IMG/VR virus record: IMGVR_UViG_2728369591_000007
Length of the DNA stretch: 23,612 nucleotides
Source of the DNA: a virus
Taxonomy: Duplodnaviria > Heunggongvirae > Uroviricota > Caudoviricetes
Strand: one strand, 5' to 3'
This document shows positions 1 to 7,944 of this stretch, one piece after another. The notes beneath the pieces were generated by a model. That model saw only the letters and a program-made list of their open reading frames with translations. It had not been told where the DNA came from and did no database searches. The translations under genes and the position numbers were made by a program. Every line of letters starts with the position of its first letter. The first letter of the stretch is position 1.

Positions 1-1254
1 ATGCTGGAACAAATGGGCATTGCCGCGAAGCAAGCCTCGTATAAATTAGCGCAACTCTCCAGCCGCGAAAAAAATCGCGTGCTGGAAAAAATCGCCGATG
101 AACTGGAAGCACAAAGCGAAATCATCCTCAACGCTAACGCCCAGGATGTTGCTGACGCGCGAGCCAATGGCCTTAGCGAAGCGATGCTTGACCGTCTGGC
201 ACTGACGCCCGCACGGCTGAAAGGCATTGCCGACGATGTACGTCAGGTGTGCAACCTCGCCGATCCGGTGGGGCAGGTAATCGATGGCGGCGTACTGGAC
301 AGCGGCCTGCGTCTTGAGCGTCGTCGCGTACCGCTGGGGGTTATTGGCGTGATTTATGAAGCGCGCCCGAACGTGACGGTTGATGTCGCTTCGCTGTGCC
401 TGAAAACCGGTAATGCGGTGATCCTGCGCGGTGGCAAAGAAACGTGTCGCACTAACGCTGCAACGGTGGCGGTGATTCAGGACGCCCTGAAATCCTGCGG
501 CTTACCGGCGGGTGCCGTGCAGGCGATTGATAATCCTGACCGTGCGCTGGTCAGTGAAATGCTGCGTATGGATAAATACATCGACATGCTGATCCCGCGT
601 GGTGGCGCTGGTTTGCATAAACTGTGCCGTGAACAGTCGACAATCCCGGTGATCACAGGTGGTATAGGCGTATGCCATATTTACGTTGATGAAAGTGTAG
701 AGATCGCTGAAGCATTAAAAGTGATCGTCAACGCGAAAACTCAGCGTCCGAGCACATGTAATACGGTTGAAACGTTGCTGGTGAATAAAAACATCGCCGA
801 TAGCTTCCTGCCCGCATTAAGCAAACAAATGGCGGAAAGCGGCGTGACATTACACGCAGATGCAGCTGCACTGGCGCAGTTGCAGGCAGGCCCTGCGAAG
901 GTGGTTGCTGTTAAAGCCGAAGAGTATGACGATGAGTTTCTGTCATTAGATTTGAACGTCAAAATCGTCAGCGATCTTGACGATGCCATCGCCCATATTC
1001 GTGAACACGGCACACAACACTCCGATGCGATCCTGACCCGCGATATGCGCAACGCCCAGCGTTTTGTTAACGAAGTGGATTCGTCCGCTGTTTACGTTAA
1101 CGCCTCTACGCGTTTTACCGACGGCGGCCAGTTTGGTCTGGGTGCGGAAGTGGCGGTAAGCACACAAAAACTCCACGCGCGTGGCCCAATGGGGCTGGAA
1201 GCACTGACCACTTACAAGTGGATCGGCATTGGTGATTACACCATTCGTGCGTAA
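1..1254 (+). CDS. proA: gamma-glutamyl phosphate reductase (glutamate-5-semialdehyde dehydrogenase), complete 417 aa
   Basis: Full-length ORF starting at window position 1; translation [10 protein letters not shown]...GDYTIRA matches my memory of enterobacterial ProA; tRNA-Thr lies immediately downstream as in the E. coli proBA-thrW locus. Confidence 0.93.
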
Positions 1255-1368
1255 ATAAAACCGGGTGATGCAAAAGTAGCCATTTGATTCACAAGGCCAT
1301 TGACGCATCGCCCGGTTAGTTTTAACCTTGTCCACCGTGATTCACGTTCGTGAACATGTCCTTTCAGG

Positions 1369-1444
1369 GCCGATATAGCTCAGTTGGTAGAGCAGCGCAT
1401 TCGTAATGCGAAGGTCGTAGGTTCGACTCCTATTATCGGCACCA
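1369..1444 (+). tRNA. thrW: tRNA-Thr, anticodon CGT, CCA encoded
   Basis: 76 nt GCCGATATAGCTCAGTTGGTAGAGCAGCGCATTCGTAATGCGAAGGTCGTAGGTTCGACTCCTATTATCGGCACCA; perfect 7-bp acceptor stem GCCGATA/TATCGGC; anticodon loop cattCGTaatg; T-arm GGTTCGACTCC; an integrase gene follows directly. Confidence 0.93.
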
Positions 1445-1461
1445 TTCAAACATCTCCCCAA

Positions 1462-1607
1462 GTCTACTAAAGTCTTTCAAAACCCCTTATAATCCGCGTA
1501 TTAAAGCCCCGTTCGTCTTTTGACGTCTACTAAAGTCCCTCAAAATCTACGGTCAGATGGGGGTACTTATGGGGGTATTTGCTGTTCGGTTTAGTGGAGG
1601 TACCCCC
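1462..1607. repeat. Candidate integrase arm-type binding sites between tRNA and int
   Basis: Direct repeats GTCTACTAAAGTCTTTCAAAAC (1462-1483) and GTCTACTAAAGTCCCTCAAAAT (1525-1546); GGGGGTA at 1559-1565 and 1571-1577, with an inverted TACCCCC at 1601-1607 overlapping the int RBS; a related TTTACTAAAGTA lies just after the int stop at 2849-2860. Confidence 0.5.
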
Positions 1608-1609
1608 AA

Positions 1610-2824
1610 GTGAAACTCAATGCCCGTCAAATAGACACAGCCAAGCCAAAAGAGAAGGCTTACAAGCTGGCCGATGGTGGCGGTTTGTATCTCTTGGTAA
1701 AACCTAATGGAGGTAAATACTGGCGACTTAAATATCGTGTAGCTGGTAAAGAGAAGCTATTGGCACTAGGTGTGTATCCTGAGGTTACTTTAGCCGATGC
1801 TCGGGCAAAACGTGAAGATGCGAAAAGAGGTATCGCTGGTGGTATCGATCCGATGGAAGCGAAACGAGAGGAAAAGATTGCCCGGGAAACGCAGTTAAAC
1901 AACACCTTCAAAGATATTGCCCTTGAGTGGCACAGCAGCAAATTAAAAAAATGGTCTGCTGGTTATGCTTCAGACATCCTCGAAGCCTTCAACAAAGATG
2001 TGTTCCCTTACATTGGCAAAAAACCAATCGCCGAAATCAAACCACTTGAACTTCTGAATGTGCTGCGGCGCATCGAGGGGCGCGGTGCGACAGAAAAAGC
2101 CAAAAAAGTGAGGCAGCGGTGCGGGGAAGTTTTCCGCTATGCAATAGTCACTGGTCGCGCAGAGTATAACCCTGCACCAGACCTTACTAGCGCGATGCAA
2201 GGCCATGAATCTAATCATTACCCTTTCCTTACGACCAAAGAATTACCTGATTTTTTCAAGGCATTGTCCAGTTACTCAGGAAGCGCATTGGTTGTTATGG
2301 CGGCTCGTCTACTGATTATCACCGGCTTGCGAACTGGCGAACTACGTGGCGCATTATGGGATGAAATTGATTTCAACAAGGCTATATGGGAGATACCCGC
2401 TTCACGTATGAAAATGCGGCGGCCTCATATTGTGCCATTGTCTGAGCAGGCTCTTTCGCTTATTGGGAAGATTAGAGAAATAACAGGCAATTACCCTCTT
2501 ATGTTTCCCGGGCGCAATGATCCAAGGAAAACAATGAGTGAGGCCAGCATAAACCAAGTGTTTAAGCGCATTGGCTACGCTGGACGTGTAACTGGTCATG
2601 GGTTCCGACACACTATGAGCACGATTTTGCATGAGCAGGGCTATAACACCGCGTGGATAGAAACGCAGCTCGCTCACGTTGATAAGAACTCAATTCGTGG
2701 CACATACAACCATGCGCAATATCTGGATGGACGGCGGGAGATGCTTCAATGGTATGCCGACTATATGGATTCTCTCGAGCATGGCGGAAATGTGGTGCAT
2801 ATGGTGTTTGAAAAACACGCATGA
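1610..2824 (+). CDS. P4-type tyrosine integrase (site-specific recombinase), 404 aa, GTG start
   Basis: Adjacent to tRNA; N-terminal arm-binding-like region (LYLLVKPNGGKYWRLKYR...); C-terminal catalytic motifs HGFRHT and LAHVDKNSIRGTYNH with the tyrosine; RBS GGAGG 9 nt upstream of GTG. Confidence 0.9.
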   Translation: MKLNARQIDTAKPKEKAYKLADGGGLYLLVKPNGGKYWRLKYRVAGKEKLLALGVYPEVTLADARAKREDAKRGIAGGIDPMEAKREEKIARETQLNNTFKDIALEWHSSKLKKWSAGYASDILEAFNKDVFPYIGKKPIAEIKPLELLNVLRRIEGRGATEKAKKVRQRCGEVFRYAIVTGRAEYNPAPDLTSAMQGHESNHYPFLTTKELPDFFKALSSYSGSALVVMAARLLIITGLRTGELRGALWDEIDFNKAIWEIPASRMKMRRPHIVPLSEQALSLIGKIREITGNYPLMFPGRNDPRKTMSEASINQVFKRIGYAGRVTGHGFRHTMSTILHEQGYNTAWIETQLAHVDKNSIRGTYNHAQYLDGRREMLQWYADYMDSLEHGGNVVHMVFEKHA

Positions 2825-3133
2825 AACAACTGGACAAGTATACAGAGGTTTACTAAAGTATAGGGGAGTAGATTGATAAAAACTCACAGAGGATTGCTAT
2901 TTAACAGTTAGCCCTGGAGAAGGGCAATCGCTCTTTTATAAACGAAGGTGTATTGAGCCTTCTACGCTGCTGAAAAGCGGAATGTTCTTTAACAGGCTTT
3001 GGCGCTGACAAAGCGCAATTGTTCTTTAAAACTACTGGATGTCACGCCTAATAGCGTGATCCTGCCGAAATGCAGGGTAGCTCTACCCTTGTGGAGCAAA
3101 CAAACCAAAACAATCTGACTATCTTTTATAAAA

Positions 3134-3162
3134 GACCGCAATATGTTTTTCATATTGTGGTC
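3134..3162 (+). promoter_or_regulatory. 12-bp inverted repeat with 5-nt T loop upstream of alpA (operator or weak terminator)
   Basis: GACCGCAATATG-TTTTT-CATATTGTGGTC, one G/A mismatch between arms; located about 90 bp upstream of the alpA start. Confidence 0.35.
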
Positions 3163-3251
3163 TTTGGCGTATTCGACATTTGACGCAAATAAAACTCTCG
3201 CCATTCGTTGCAGGAGGGGGTTATTGCGTCATTAGTACAGGATATTAATAA

Positions 3252-3455
3252 ATGGCTAATTACAATTCATTAATTCGTCTCTCTGAAGTTCAAAGGCGAA
3301 CTGGTTATAGCAAAGCATGGATTTATCGTCTTATTAGTCAGGGGAGGTTCCCTAAACAGGTAAAAATTGGAAGTCGGGCAATTGCTTTTGTTGAGTCTGA
3401 AATAGATGAATGGATTGAGAAGTGTATATTAGAATCTAGAGACGAGGTGGCCTGA
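3252..3455 (+). CDS. alpA: AlpA-family DNA-binding transcriptional regulator (prophage excisionase-like), 67 aa
   Basis: Translation MANYNSLIRLSEVQRRTGYSKAWIYRLISQGRFPKQVKIGSRAIAFVESEIDEWIEK is a typical AlpA-like HTH; positioned right after the integrase. Confidence 0.8.
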   Translation: MANYNSLIRLSEVQRRTGYSKAWIYRLISQGRFPKQVKIGSRAIAFVESEIDEWIEKCILESRDEVA

Positions 3456-3886
3456 TGGAAAAGAAAAACCGCCCATTACAGGCGGCTAATTCAGATATTC
3501 GCGTATCTGATATTACGCCCCTTACAAAATCCCTTCAAGCACCAAAGCGCACACCGAAAAAGCATCGTGCCCGAGTCTATATGCTGCGTACTGGTATAGA
3601 GGGATGGACAGAAAATGACATTCTTCGCTACTGCCGTCTGTCTTCTGGTCGTAACTATGCAACAGAGTTAGAACGCCAGCTTGGAATCACTCTGGAGCGT
3701 ATCGACGAAAAGAATCCTGATGGTATCGGAACACACCTTCGCTACCGTTTCTCCTGCCGTGGTGATGTTCTGAAAGTGATCACTCATGTTAACCATCTTG
3801 CGAACATAAATGATCACAACGGACTTTCTCAGCAGGAAATTGCCGACATTCTGAAACTCTACCCGAACGCGTTTAACGCCGCCTAA
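3455..3886 (+). CDS. hypothetical protein, 143 aa
   Basis: ORF start overlaps the alpA stop (TGATG); good RBS GAGGTGG; protein-like composition; no family recognised. Confidence 0.6.
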   Translation: MEKKNRPLQAANSDIRVSDITPLTKSLQAPKRTPKKHRARVYMLRTGIEGWTENDILRYCRLSSGRNYATELERQLGITLERIDEKNPDGIGTHLRYRFSCRGDVLKVITHVNHLANINDHNGLSQQEIADILKLYPNAFNAA

Positions 3887-3898
3887 CGGAGACTGAAA

Positions 3899-4732
3899 AT
3901 GAACATCGAAAAAAGCAGATTAATTTCTGAGGCCGCCCCTCATCTGAACGCCTCTCTGGGCACAATTAACGGTAATGAATTTGCCGCAATTGTCCCGGTT
4001 ATTCCTGGTCATATCGGTGGGCGTGAAACCAATATTGTTAGCGCAAAAGCGTTACACAAAGCGTTGGGCGTGGGAAAAGACTTCTCTACATGGATCACTG
4101 ATCGCATCTCTGAATATGACTTCACCATTGGGCACGATTACTCAGTCCATAAAACAATTTCCCCAAATTTGGGGAAAAGCCCGAATGGCGCGGCTTACAG
4201 CAAGATAAAGCACTCTGGCAGACCCGGCAAAGACTATCTGTTAAGTGTCGGAATGGCGAAAGAACTGGCAATGATCGAACGCAATGATCAGGGTCGCGCT
4301 ATCCGCCGTTATTTCATCCAGTGCGAGGAAGAATTACAGCGTAGCGTTCCTGAAATCGCCGCCCGCTATCGTCGCCAGCTAAAAGCCCGTCTCAGTGCCG
4401 CAAACAACTTTAAGCCAATGTGCGATGCGCTGAATATGGCCCGTGCCGAGATTGGTAAAACGACGCAGCAACACCACTACACAAACGAGAGCAATATGAT
4501 TTCTCGTATCGTTCTTGGTGGGCTAACTGCTAAGCAGTGGGCGCGGATAAATGGCTATTCTGGCGAACCTCGCGACCATATGAACGCAGAACAGCTTGAG
4601 CACCTCTCATATCTCGAAAGCACCAATATCACGTTAATTGATATGGGCATGGAATATGAGCAGCGCAAAGGAGAACTCACCCGCCTGTCGCAACGCTGGC
4701 TCGCCAAGCGTCTGGAGGCGCTCAATGTCTAA
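3899..4732 (+). CDS. phage antirepressor-like protein (AntA/AntB-type N-terminal domain), 277 aa
   Basis: Motifs SAKALHKALGVGKDFSTWITDRISEYDF and DYLLSVGMAKELAMIERNDQGRAIRRYFIQCEEEL resemble the antirepressor family as I remember it; RBS GGAG 7 nt upstream. Confidence 0.6.
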   Translation: MNIEKSRLISEAAPHLNASLGTINGNEFAAIVPVIPGHIGGRETNIVSAKALHKALGVGKDFSTWITDRISEYDFTIGHDYSVHKTISPNLGKSPNGAAYSKIKHSGRPGKDYLLSVGMAKELAMIERNDQGRAIRRYFIQCEEELQRSVPEIAARYRRQLKARLSAANNFKPMCDALNMARAEIGKTTQQHHYTNESNMISRIVLGGLTAKQWARINGYSGEPRDHMNAEQLEHLSYLESTNITLIDMGMEYEQRKGELTRLSQRWLAKRLEALNV

Positions 4733-4904
4733 GCCAACAGGAACACCACAACCACAAAAACGCTACAAAGATGCCCACGGAGCACTCGTTACTGTCGAAA
4801 GCGTGTCTCACAACCGAGTGACGTTTTATCGCGACGGGTATCAATCGCCATGCGTACAACCGCTGGCGCGTTTCATGAAGGAGTTCGCGGAGGTTAACCA
4901 ATGA
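4725..4904 (+). CDS. hypothetical small protein, 59 aa
   Basis: ATG at 4725 preceded by GGAGG; overlaps the stop of the upstream gene by 8 bp; sequence MSKPTGTPQPQKRYKDAHGALVTVESVSHNRVTFYRDGYQSPCVQPLARFMKEFAEVNQ. Confidence 0.55.
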   Translation: MSKPTGTPQPQKRYKDAHGALVTVESVSHNRVTFYRDGYQSPCVQPLARFMKEFAEVNQ

Positions 4905-5338
4905 TACCCGTCCAGAAGAAGACATTTTCACTGGCTGGCATGTCGCCAAAATCCAGAAATATGACGGCAAAGTCAGGCATTAATACAGCAGATACAAGCA
5001 AAGTTTATCATTTGCTGGTGGTCGGAACGGATGCCTTAACCATACCAGAAATCTCGGGCGATGATATTAGCATTGAGAAGGTCAGCGGCTGCGCCAGAAA
5101 ATTTCTGGTCGTAGATGATGTCTTCCGCTCGTGTAGTGACTCCACAAAAACATTCGTCCACGCGCGTGACGTTAACGAAATGAGCGCGATGTACTGTGCT
5201 TCTGGTTCTTCCAATAGTGAGTTTTCGGAGTCCATAAAAAAGAGCTTGCCGTTATGCGGCAACACGGTTTATGGTTATAAGGCACCTCATAAAACGGGTG
5301 CCGGGTTTCGCAGCCCGGAAATGTACGAGGCGACACAT

Positions 5339-5360
5339 GACGCGCCGAGCGTCTTTTTTT
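5339..5360 (+). terminator. Candidate intrinsic terminator (short GC hairpin plus T7 run)
   Basis: GACGC-GCCGA-GCGTC followed by TTTTTTT. Confidence 0.5.
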
Positions 5361-5377
5361 GTGCCGTTAGCCAGACT

Positions 5378-5406
5378 CACACTTTTTTCAGTGATGTGGT
5401 TATAAT
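5378..5406 (+). promoter_or_regulatory. Candidate sigma70 promoter (perfect -10 TATAAT at 5401-5406, weak -35)
   Basis: TATAAT directly downstream of the terminator and upstream of a structured leader and the RBS-led ORF at 5563; the -35 match is poor, so the call is tentative. Confidence 0.3.
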
Positions 5407-5562
5407 CCGCGTCGCTTGCAAAATTATGGTGGGCTGGACAGGGCAGCCGAAAGGCTGGCCGGTTTCCTTGTACGCCGGTACTGCGAACTCTGTTCAGTCC
5501 ACCACCAGCGAGTTTCGCAGCTCCGGTGGTGGGAAGAATTCCCAGTACAAGGAGGCTGCCAC

Positions 5563-5757
5563 ATGCTGGCTACTACCCCTACCCAAAAACCGCAATTTAT
5601 CTGGATTATCGCCGCAGTTCGCCGCGATTGCCCGACAATTACCGCCAAAATTCATCATATTGCTGCCGAGTCTGAACGCGATGCTCGCCGTTCTCTGGTG
5701 CGCGATCACGTCTGCTTTTTTGCTGGTCGTATCCGCATGGAGGTGGCACATGATTAA
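5563..5757 (+). CDS. hypothetical small protein, 64 aa (first gene of the early operon)
   Basis: Strong RBS AGGAGG 7 nt upstream of ATG; translation MLATTPTQKPQFIWIIAAVRRDCPTITAKIHHIAAESERDARRSLVRDHVCFFAGRIRMEVAHD; stop overlaps the next start. Confidence 0.6.
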   Translation: MLATTPTQKPQFIWIIAAVRRDCPTITAKIHHIAAESERDARRSLVRDHVCFFAGRIRMEVAHD

Positions 5758-5968
5758 AACCTACGATGTGCATATGGATCCCCTCGAACGCACAAGCCAG
5801 ATCATCACACTGACAGAAGTGATTAACGACATTCTGGTGAGCAACTCTCCCTCACGAGACGAAAGACTGAAGGCGTTACTCGCGATATTGGATCTCGCCG
5901 TTCGTGACGTTCATTTCCTGCTGGAAGGTGGCGAAATGCCAGGAAAAACGGGGGCAACCAATGAATAA
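5750..5968 (+). CDS. hypothetical small protein, 72 aa
   Basis: ATG at 5750 preceded by GGAGG at spacing 7; translation MIKTYDVHMDPLERTSQIITLTEVINDILVSNSPSRDERLKALLAILDLAVRDVHFLLEGGEMPGKTGATNE; 8-bp overlap with both the previous and the next gene. Confidence 0.6.
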   Translation: MIKTYDVHMDPLERTSQIITLTEVINDILVSNSPSRDERLKALLAILDLAVRDVHFLLEGGEMPGKTGATNE

Positions 5969-6155
5969 CTCAATTAATGCCCCTCGACTTACGTCCGCAC
6001 TTCAATTAATCGAGCAAGCAGCGGCTGTCCTGGTTGCTGTCAGTCTTTCGGCTGAAGAAATGGACGCTGCTGATGTCGTGGATGCGATTAAAGCGTGCTC
6101 ATCTTTGGTTAACGATGCTCGTGCAGAGCTGGTAATTCTTGGTGGTGAAAAATGA
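5961..6155 (+). CDS. hypothetical small protein, 64 aa
   Basis: Internal ATG of the 5904 ORF chosen because of the ATGAATAA overlap with the upstream stop; translation MNNSINAPRLTSALQLIEQAAAVLVAVSLSAEEMDAADVVDAIKACSSLVNDARAELVILGGEK. Confidence 0.55.
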   Translation: MNNSINAPRLTSALQLIEQAAAVLVAVSLSAEEMDAADVVDAIKACSSLVNDARAELVILGGEK

Positions 6156-6415
6156 ATATCAACTTAATTTATCGTCATCCGTGTGAGCTGGAAATTGAAT
6201 CATTGCTGAGCCGTGAAGAGCCATATCCAGACACATTCACTCTTGCAGATCGCACGACTGAACGGCTTACCAGAGCGCGCACAGGTCTGGTTCATGTGAT
6301 GAATGAGATTCTTCCATCGGTGGGAGGGGAACAGGCGACAGTAATCACTAGCTGGCTACAAAAAGTTACCTCTCTGATAGATATCAGTTTAATCGATGCG
6401 GAGAGTGCGAAATGA
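6152..6415 (+). CDS. hypothetical protein, 87 aa
   Basis: ATGA start/stop overlap with the upstream gene (translational coupling); protein-like sequence. Confidence 0.6.
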   Translation: MNINLIYRHPCELEIESLLSREEPYPDTFTLADRTTERLTRARTGLVHVMNEILPSVGGEQATVITSWLQKVTSLIDISLIDAESAK

Positions 6416-6633
6416 CCAACATCCAGCTCATTGAAGCACAATGTCGCATCGAACAGGTTCAGACTGTTTTAGGGTTCTGGCTTGAAGGGGCCAGCCCCAG
6501 CAACAGAGACAAGTTAATGATTGGCGCGGTTATGTCACTGCTCAATGGCGTACCAGAAGCTATTCAGGAAGCAGACGAATTGTTGGGCAAATATGAGTTA
6601 CAGAATCATTCAGGCGAGGCGAAACATGAATAA
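6412..6633 (+). CDS. hypothetical protein, 73 aa
   Basis: ATGA overlap with the upstream gene; protein-like sequence. Confidence 0.6.
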   Translation: MTNIQLIEAQCRIEQVQTVLGFWLEGASPSNRDKLMIGAVMSLLNGVPEAIQEADELLGKYELQNHSGEAKHE

Positions 6634-7228
6634 TTTCTTAACTTTCCATGCAGAAGCAACGCCTGACGGCGTAAACATCATGTACCGCAGCAACGATGGC
6701 ATGACAGAACGCGTTGAGGCCGTCTCATATATTGATGCCGTAAATCGTCTGGATGCCGGGGATTATGACGATAAACCAGATGAAGGTATGTCAATACATC
6801 TCGCTATAGCCGATGGCGGCAACCAGGGATATTTCGATTACACATCACAGCATAACGTCATTATGTGGAGATGGCTGATCGCAACAGTATTCATGCTGGA
6901 AATGAGAGAGGAAAACGGCACTGTCAGCATCATTGATGATACTGGCAATCCTTCCGAAGTGGCTGTTTATTCCAACGGCATCGTCGCCATGCCGCTGTAT
7001 CCAGTAGCAGAGCGCCTCGCTATGGCAAACAACATTGAGGGCGCGATGATAGAACGTTTTGGCATCGAGTCTGGCACAGAACGCGCCATCATTTTCTACA
7101 GAGCCATGATGGATGTGGAACAAGGAGCACTGACTCCATTTGGTCGTGAAACGCTTGCTGAACTTCACAACAGCTTTATAGCTGAACTGAATGAAAACGG
7201 CATGCCAGCGGAACCAGTGACGCACTGA
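6626..7228 (+). CDS. hypothetical protein, 200 aa
   Basis: Start ATG at 6626 (MNNFLTFHAEATPDG...) preceded by GAGG; 8-bp overlap with the upstream stop. The longer track ORF from 6521 was trimmed to this start. Confidence 0.6.
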   Translation: MNNFLTFHAEATPDGVNIMYRSNDGMTERVEAVSYIDAVNRLDAGDYDDKPDEGMSIHLAIADGGNQGYFDYTSQHNVIMWRWLIATVFMLEMREENGTVSIIDDTGNPSEVAVYSNGIVAMPLYPVAERLAMANNIEGAMIERFGIESGTERAIIFYRAMMDVEQGALTPFGRETLAELHNSFIAELNENGMPAEPVTH

Positions 7229-7238
7229 GGATGGAACC

Positions 7239-7580
7239 ATGATTACTAAAAATTTCCGACTGAATGCGCTGGCAAATAAGTATGCGTCGGCACTGTATAA
7301 CCACATTACCTCCACCAGCGGCGGGGACTATTTCATGGTTGATGCGGACGGCGAGGCCGTCCGTGTGGAAATCGTCAATGGAGTAAAAGGCGTTCGCAGC
7401 CTGATCGATAGCTACACACTGGCAGCCATGAAAGTGTTCTACCCGCAGTGGGAAACCGTGGGGATCGAGCTTCTTGATCGTTGCGTCACTAAGGACGGAT
7501 TGACTGACGTCGGGCGTGAGATATGGCAAAGCATGGTTAATGACATGGGCGCAACTGTAGCGGGAGGTTCTCATGCGTGA
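7239..7580 (+). CDS. hypothetical protein, 113 aa
   Basis: RBS GAGG upstream; same operon and orientation as its neighbours. Confidence 0.6.
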   Translation: MITKNFRLNALANKYASALYNHITSTSGGDYFMVDADGEAVRVEIVNGVKGVRSLIDSYTLAAMKVFYPQWETVGIELLDRCVTKDGLTDVGREIWQSMVNDMGATVAGGSHA

Positions 7581-7944
7581 AAATGCAGAAATGGCGCTTA
7601 GCTCCGCAATCGGAGAGCAGGTGGCAAAGATTGCTGGTGCTGTGTGGATTCATAACCTTCATTCTACTGGTGAAGAGAAAATGGCAATTCAGACGCCAGA
7701 GGGACGCACCATTACTACATCTCTGAAGCCGTCAGATGTTTGTGATCTGATTTGCGCATTCATGTACCCAGCAATGAGGACTGCCCACGGCGATAAGTGG
7801 AAACTTGCGACAACCGCTGAATTTGATATGTGGCTAAACAATGATGGCATGCTGACTGATTACGGAATAACCAAGTGGCAGATGCTGGTTAGCCATATCG
7901 CAAACGCTATAGACCACGTGGGGTACGGTGATGCGAAACATTGA
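7573..7944 (+). CDS. hypothetical protein, 123 aa
   Basis: 8-bp overlap with the upstream gene; its own stop overlaps the primase start. Confidence 0.6.
   Translation: MRENAEMALSSAIGEQVAKIAGAVWIHNLHSTGEEKMAIQTPEGRTITTSLKPSDVCDLICAFMYPAMRTAHGDKWKLATTAEFDMWLNNDGMLTDYGITKWQMLVSHIANAIDHVGYGDAKH

Noticed and set aside
741-2887. Antisense or alternate-frame ORFs inside proA and the integrase gene (741-1052, 946-1335, 1660-1941, 1970-2218, 2402-2677, 2613-2837, 2679-2876, 2690-2887)
   Set aside because: They are embedded in or overlap well-supported genes and have odd composition. Typical shadow ORFs.
4901-5968. 355-aa track ORF as one protein
   Set aside because: It spans a terminator hairpin, a promoter-like box and a structured region, its middle translates to low-complexity sequence, and it overlaps the better-supported RBS-led gene at 5563-5757 in another frame. 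Only its start (4901) and its last 72 codons (5750-5968) look genuine.
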